64,000 bases of DNA. Source: Alphaproteobacteria bacterium. GTDB lineage: Bacteria > Pseudomonadota > Alphaproteobacteria > SP197. Location of the stretch: positions 4,992,001-5,056,000 of the forward strand of contig OZ245842.1 in assembly GCA_965228895.1 (NCBI GenBank), in the 5' to 3' direction. The translations under genes were made by a program, and so were the position numbers. Under the pieces are notes generated by a model. The model was given only the letters and a program-made list of their open reading frames with translations, did not search any database and was not told the DNA's origin. This document shows positions 63,016 to 64,000 of this stretch, piece by piece; the first letter of the stretch is position 1, and each line of letters begins with the position of its first letter.

Positions 63016-63385
63016 CCCTCTTCAATATAGAATTTAAAGAAAAGGTGGTTGTTGTAGTGAATCCACCCGGATTTCGGGGATAGATCGAAAGGGTCGTTTT
63101 ATCCCGCGTGCTGTCCCCATACGTGAAATGTCATCGCGTGGATCTGGGAATTAGGTGAACGACAGGTATCGACTCGCCGGTCCACCTTGATCGGCTCCCG
63201 GGACAACTTTGTGGATGCGTGATCGACGGCAGCGCCGCGGGAAAGCTGTCCGGTTTAACGGATGATGTTCTCCCCAGGGGGACGAATGGCCGGAGCATTT
63301 CTGGTTCACGGGCAAGAAATTTGTTATGGCGTGCCCAAGCGGCCAGTTATCCCCACAGGCGCAGCAAACTTCCGGACGAATCGGC
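63016..63385. other. Putative chromosomal replication origin (oriC)
   Basis: hemE/DUF299 intergenic position typical of alphaproteobacterial origins; AT-rich tract 63021-63043; degenerate DnaA boxes (tgtggatgc 63210, ttatcccca 63347, cgtggatct 63137) and TCCCCA hexamers. Confidence 0.75.
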
Positions 63386-64000
63386 GTGACCAAAGACTTC
63401 CACTTTCACCTGGTGTCCGATGCGACCGGCGAGACGATCCTCTCGGTTGCCCGCGCCGCCGTCGCCCAGTTCGAGGCGGTCGAAGCGCACGAGCATGTGT
63501 GGTCGCTGGTGCGTTCCGAACGTCAGCTTCAGCGTGTCCTCTCCGGTATCGAAGCCAATCCGGGTGTCGTCATCTATACGATGGTCGACCAGGCCAGGCG
63601 CGATCAGCTCTCCATGGGCTGCCAGCAGATCGGCGTACCGTGCGTTCCCGTCCTCGACCCGGTGCTCGGCGTGCTGTCGAGTTTTCTCGGTAAGCCGGTC
63701 AAGGGCACGCCAGGCGGCCAGCACGCGTTGGATGCCGAGTACTTTGCCCGTGTCGATGCCATGCACTTTGTCTTGCAGCATGACGACGGCCAGTCGCCTC
63801 ACGATCTGAACGAGGCCGACATCGTCGTGATCGGCGTGTCGCGCACGTCGAAAACGCCGACCTGTTTCTATCTCGCCAACCGCGGTTTGAAGGCGGCTAA
63901 CGTGCCGGTGGTGCCGGGCGTTGCCTTGCCGCGCGAGCTTGAACACCTGAAGCGCCCGCTCGTCGTCGGGCTGACCCAAAGCCCCGACCGACTGGTCCAG
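63386..64000 (+). CDS. ppsR: PEP synthase/pyruvate,water dikinase regulatory kinase-phosphorylase (DUF299), 3'-truncated by window
   Basis: Own translation from GTG 63386: MTKDFHFHLVSDATGET...HDDG...ADIVVIGVSRTSKTPTCFYLANRG.KAANVP; absent from the ORF track because it has no stop in the window. Confidence 0.9.
   Translation, partial: MTKDFHFHLVSDATGETILSVARAAVAQFEAVEAHEHVWSLVRSERQLQRVLSGIEANPGVVIYTMVDQARRDQLSMGCQQIGVPCVPVLDPVLGVLSSFLGKPVKGTPGGQHALDAEYFARVDAMHFVLQHDDGQSPHDLNEADIVVIGVSRTSKTPTCFYLANRGLKAANVPVVPGVALPRELEHLKRPLVVGLTQSPDRLVQ

Noticed and set aside
63347-63979. Minus-strand 210-aa ORF and plus-strand 63262-63693 and 63420-63809 ORFs
   Set aside because: The real gene is the DUF299 frame starting at 63386, which runs off the window.

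Overview
High-GC alphaproteobacterial chromosome segment, Rhodospirillales-like by gene order (inference), running up to the probable replication origin. The right half is the classical ori-proximal core. It contains porin, DUF3576, leuS-lptE-holA, parB-parA-rsmG-mnmG-mnmE with four parS sites, rho-hemJ-hemH-hemE, and a putative oriC between hemE and a partial PEP-synthase regulatory (DUF299) gene that the ORF track misses. The left third is a large envelope/glycosylation locus. It has four glycosyltransferases, a His-phosphatase, a polysaccharide deacetylase and an Opp-type ABC importer, flanked by an odd ABC exporter, a cNMP-binding protein, a class III nucleotide cyclase, a methyltransferase and an MBL hydrolase. 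The standout feature is a tandem array of EIGHT intact, diverged, co-oriented PAPS-dependent (SULT-fold) sulfotransferase genes at 29172-36040, wedged between the porin terminator and yggS. Also seen: two kinds of small palindromic repeat element, a frameshifted membrane-protein gene, an ECF41 module with its promoter, and a LonC-like protease. All calls come from reading the sequence; no database searches were run.
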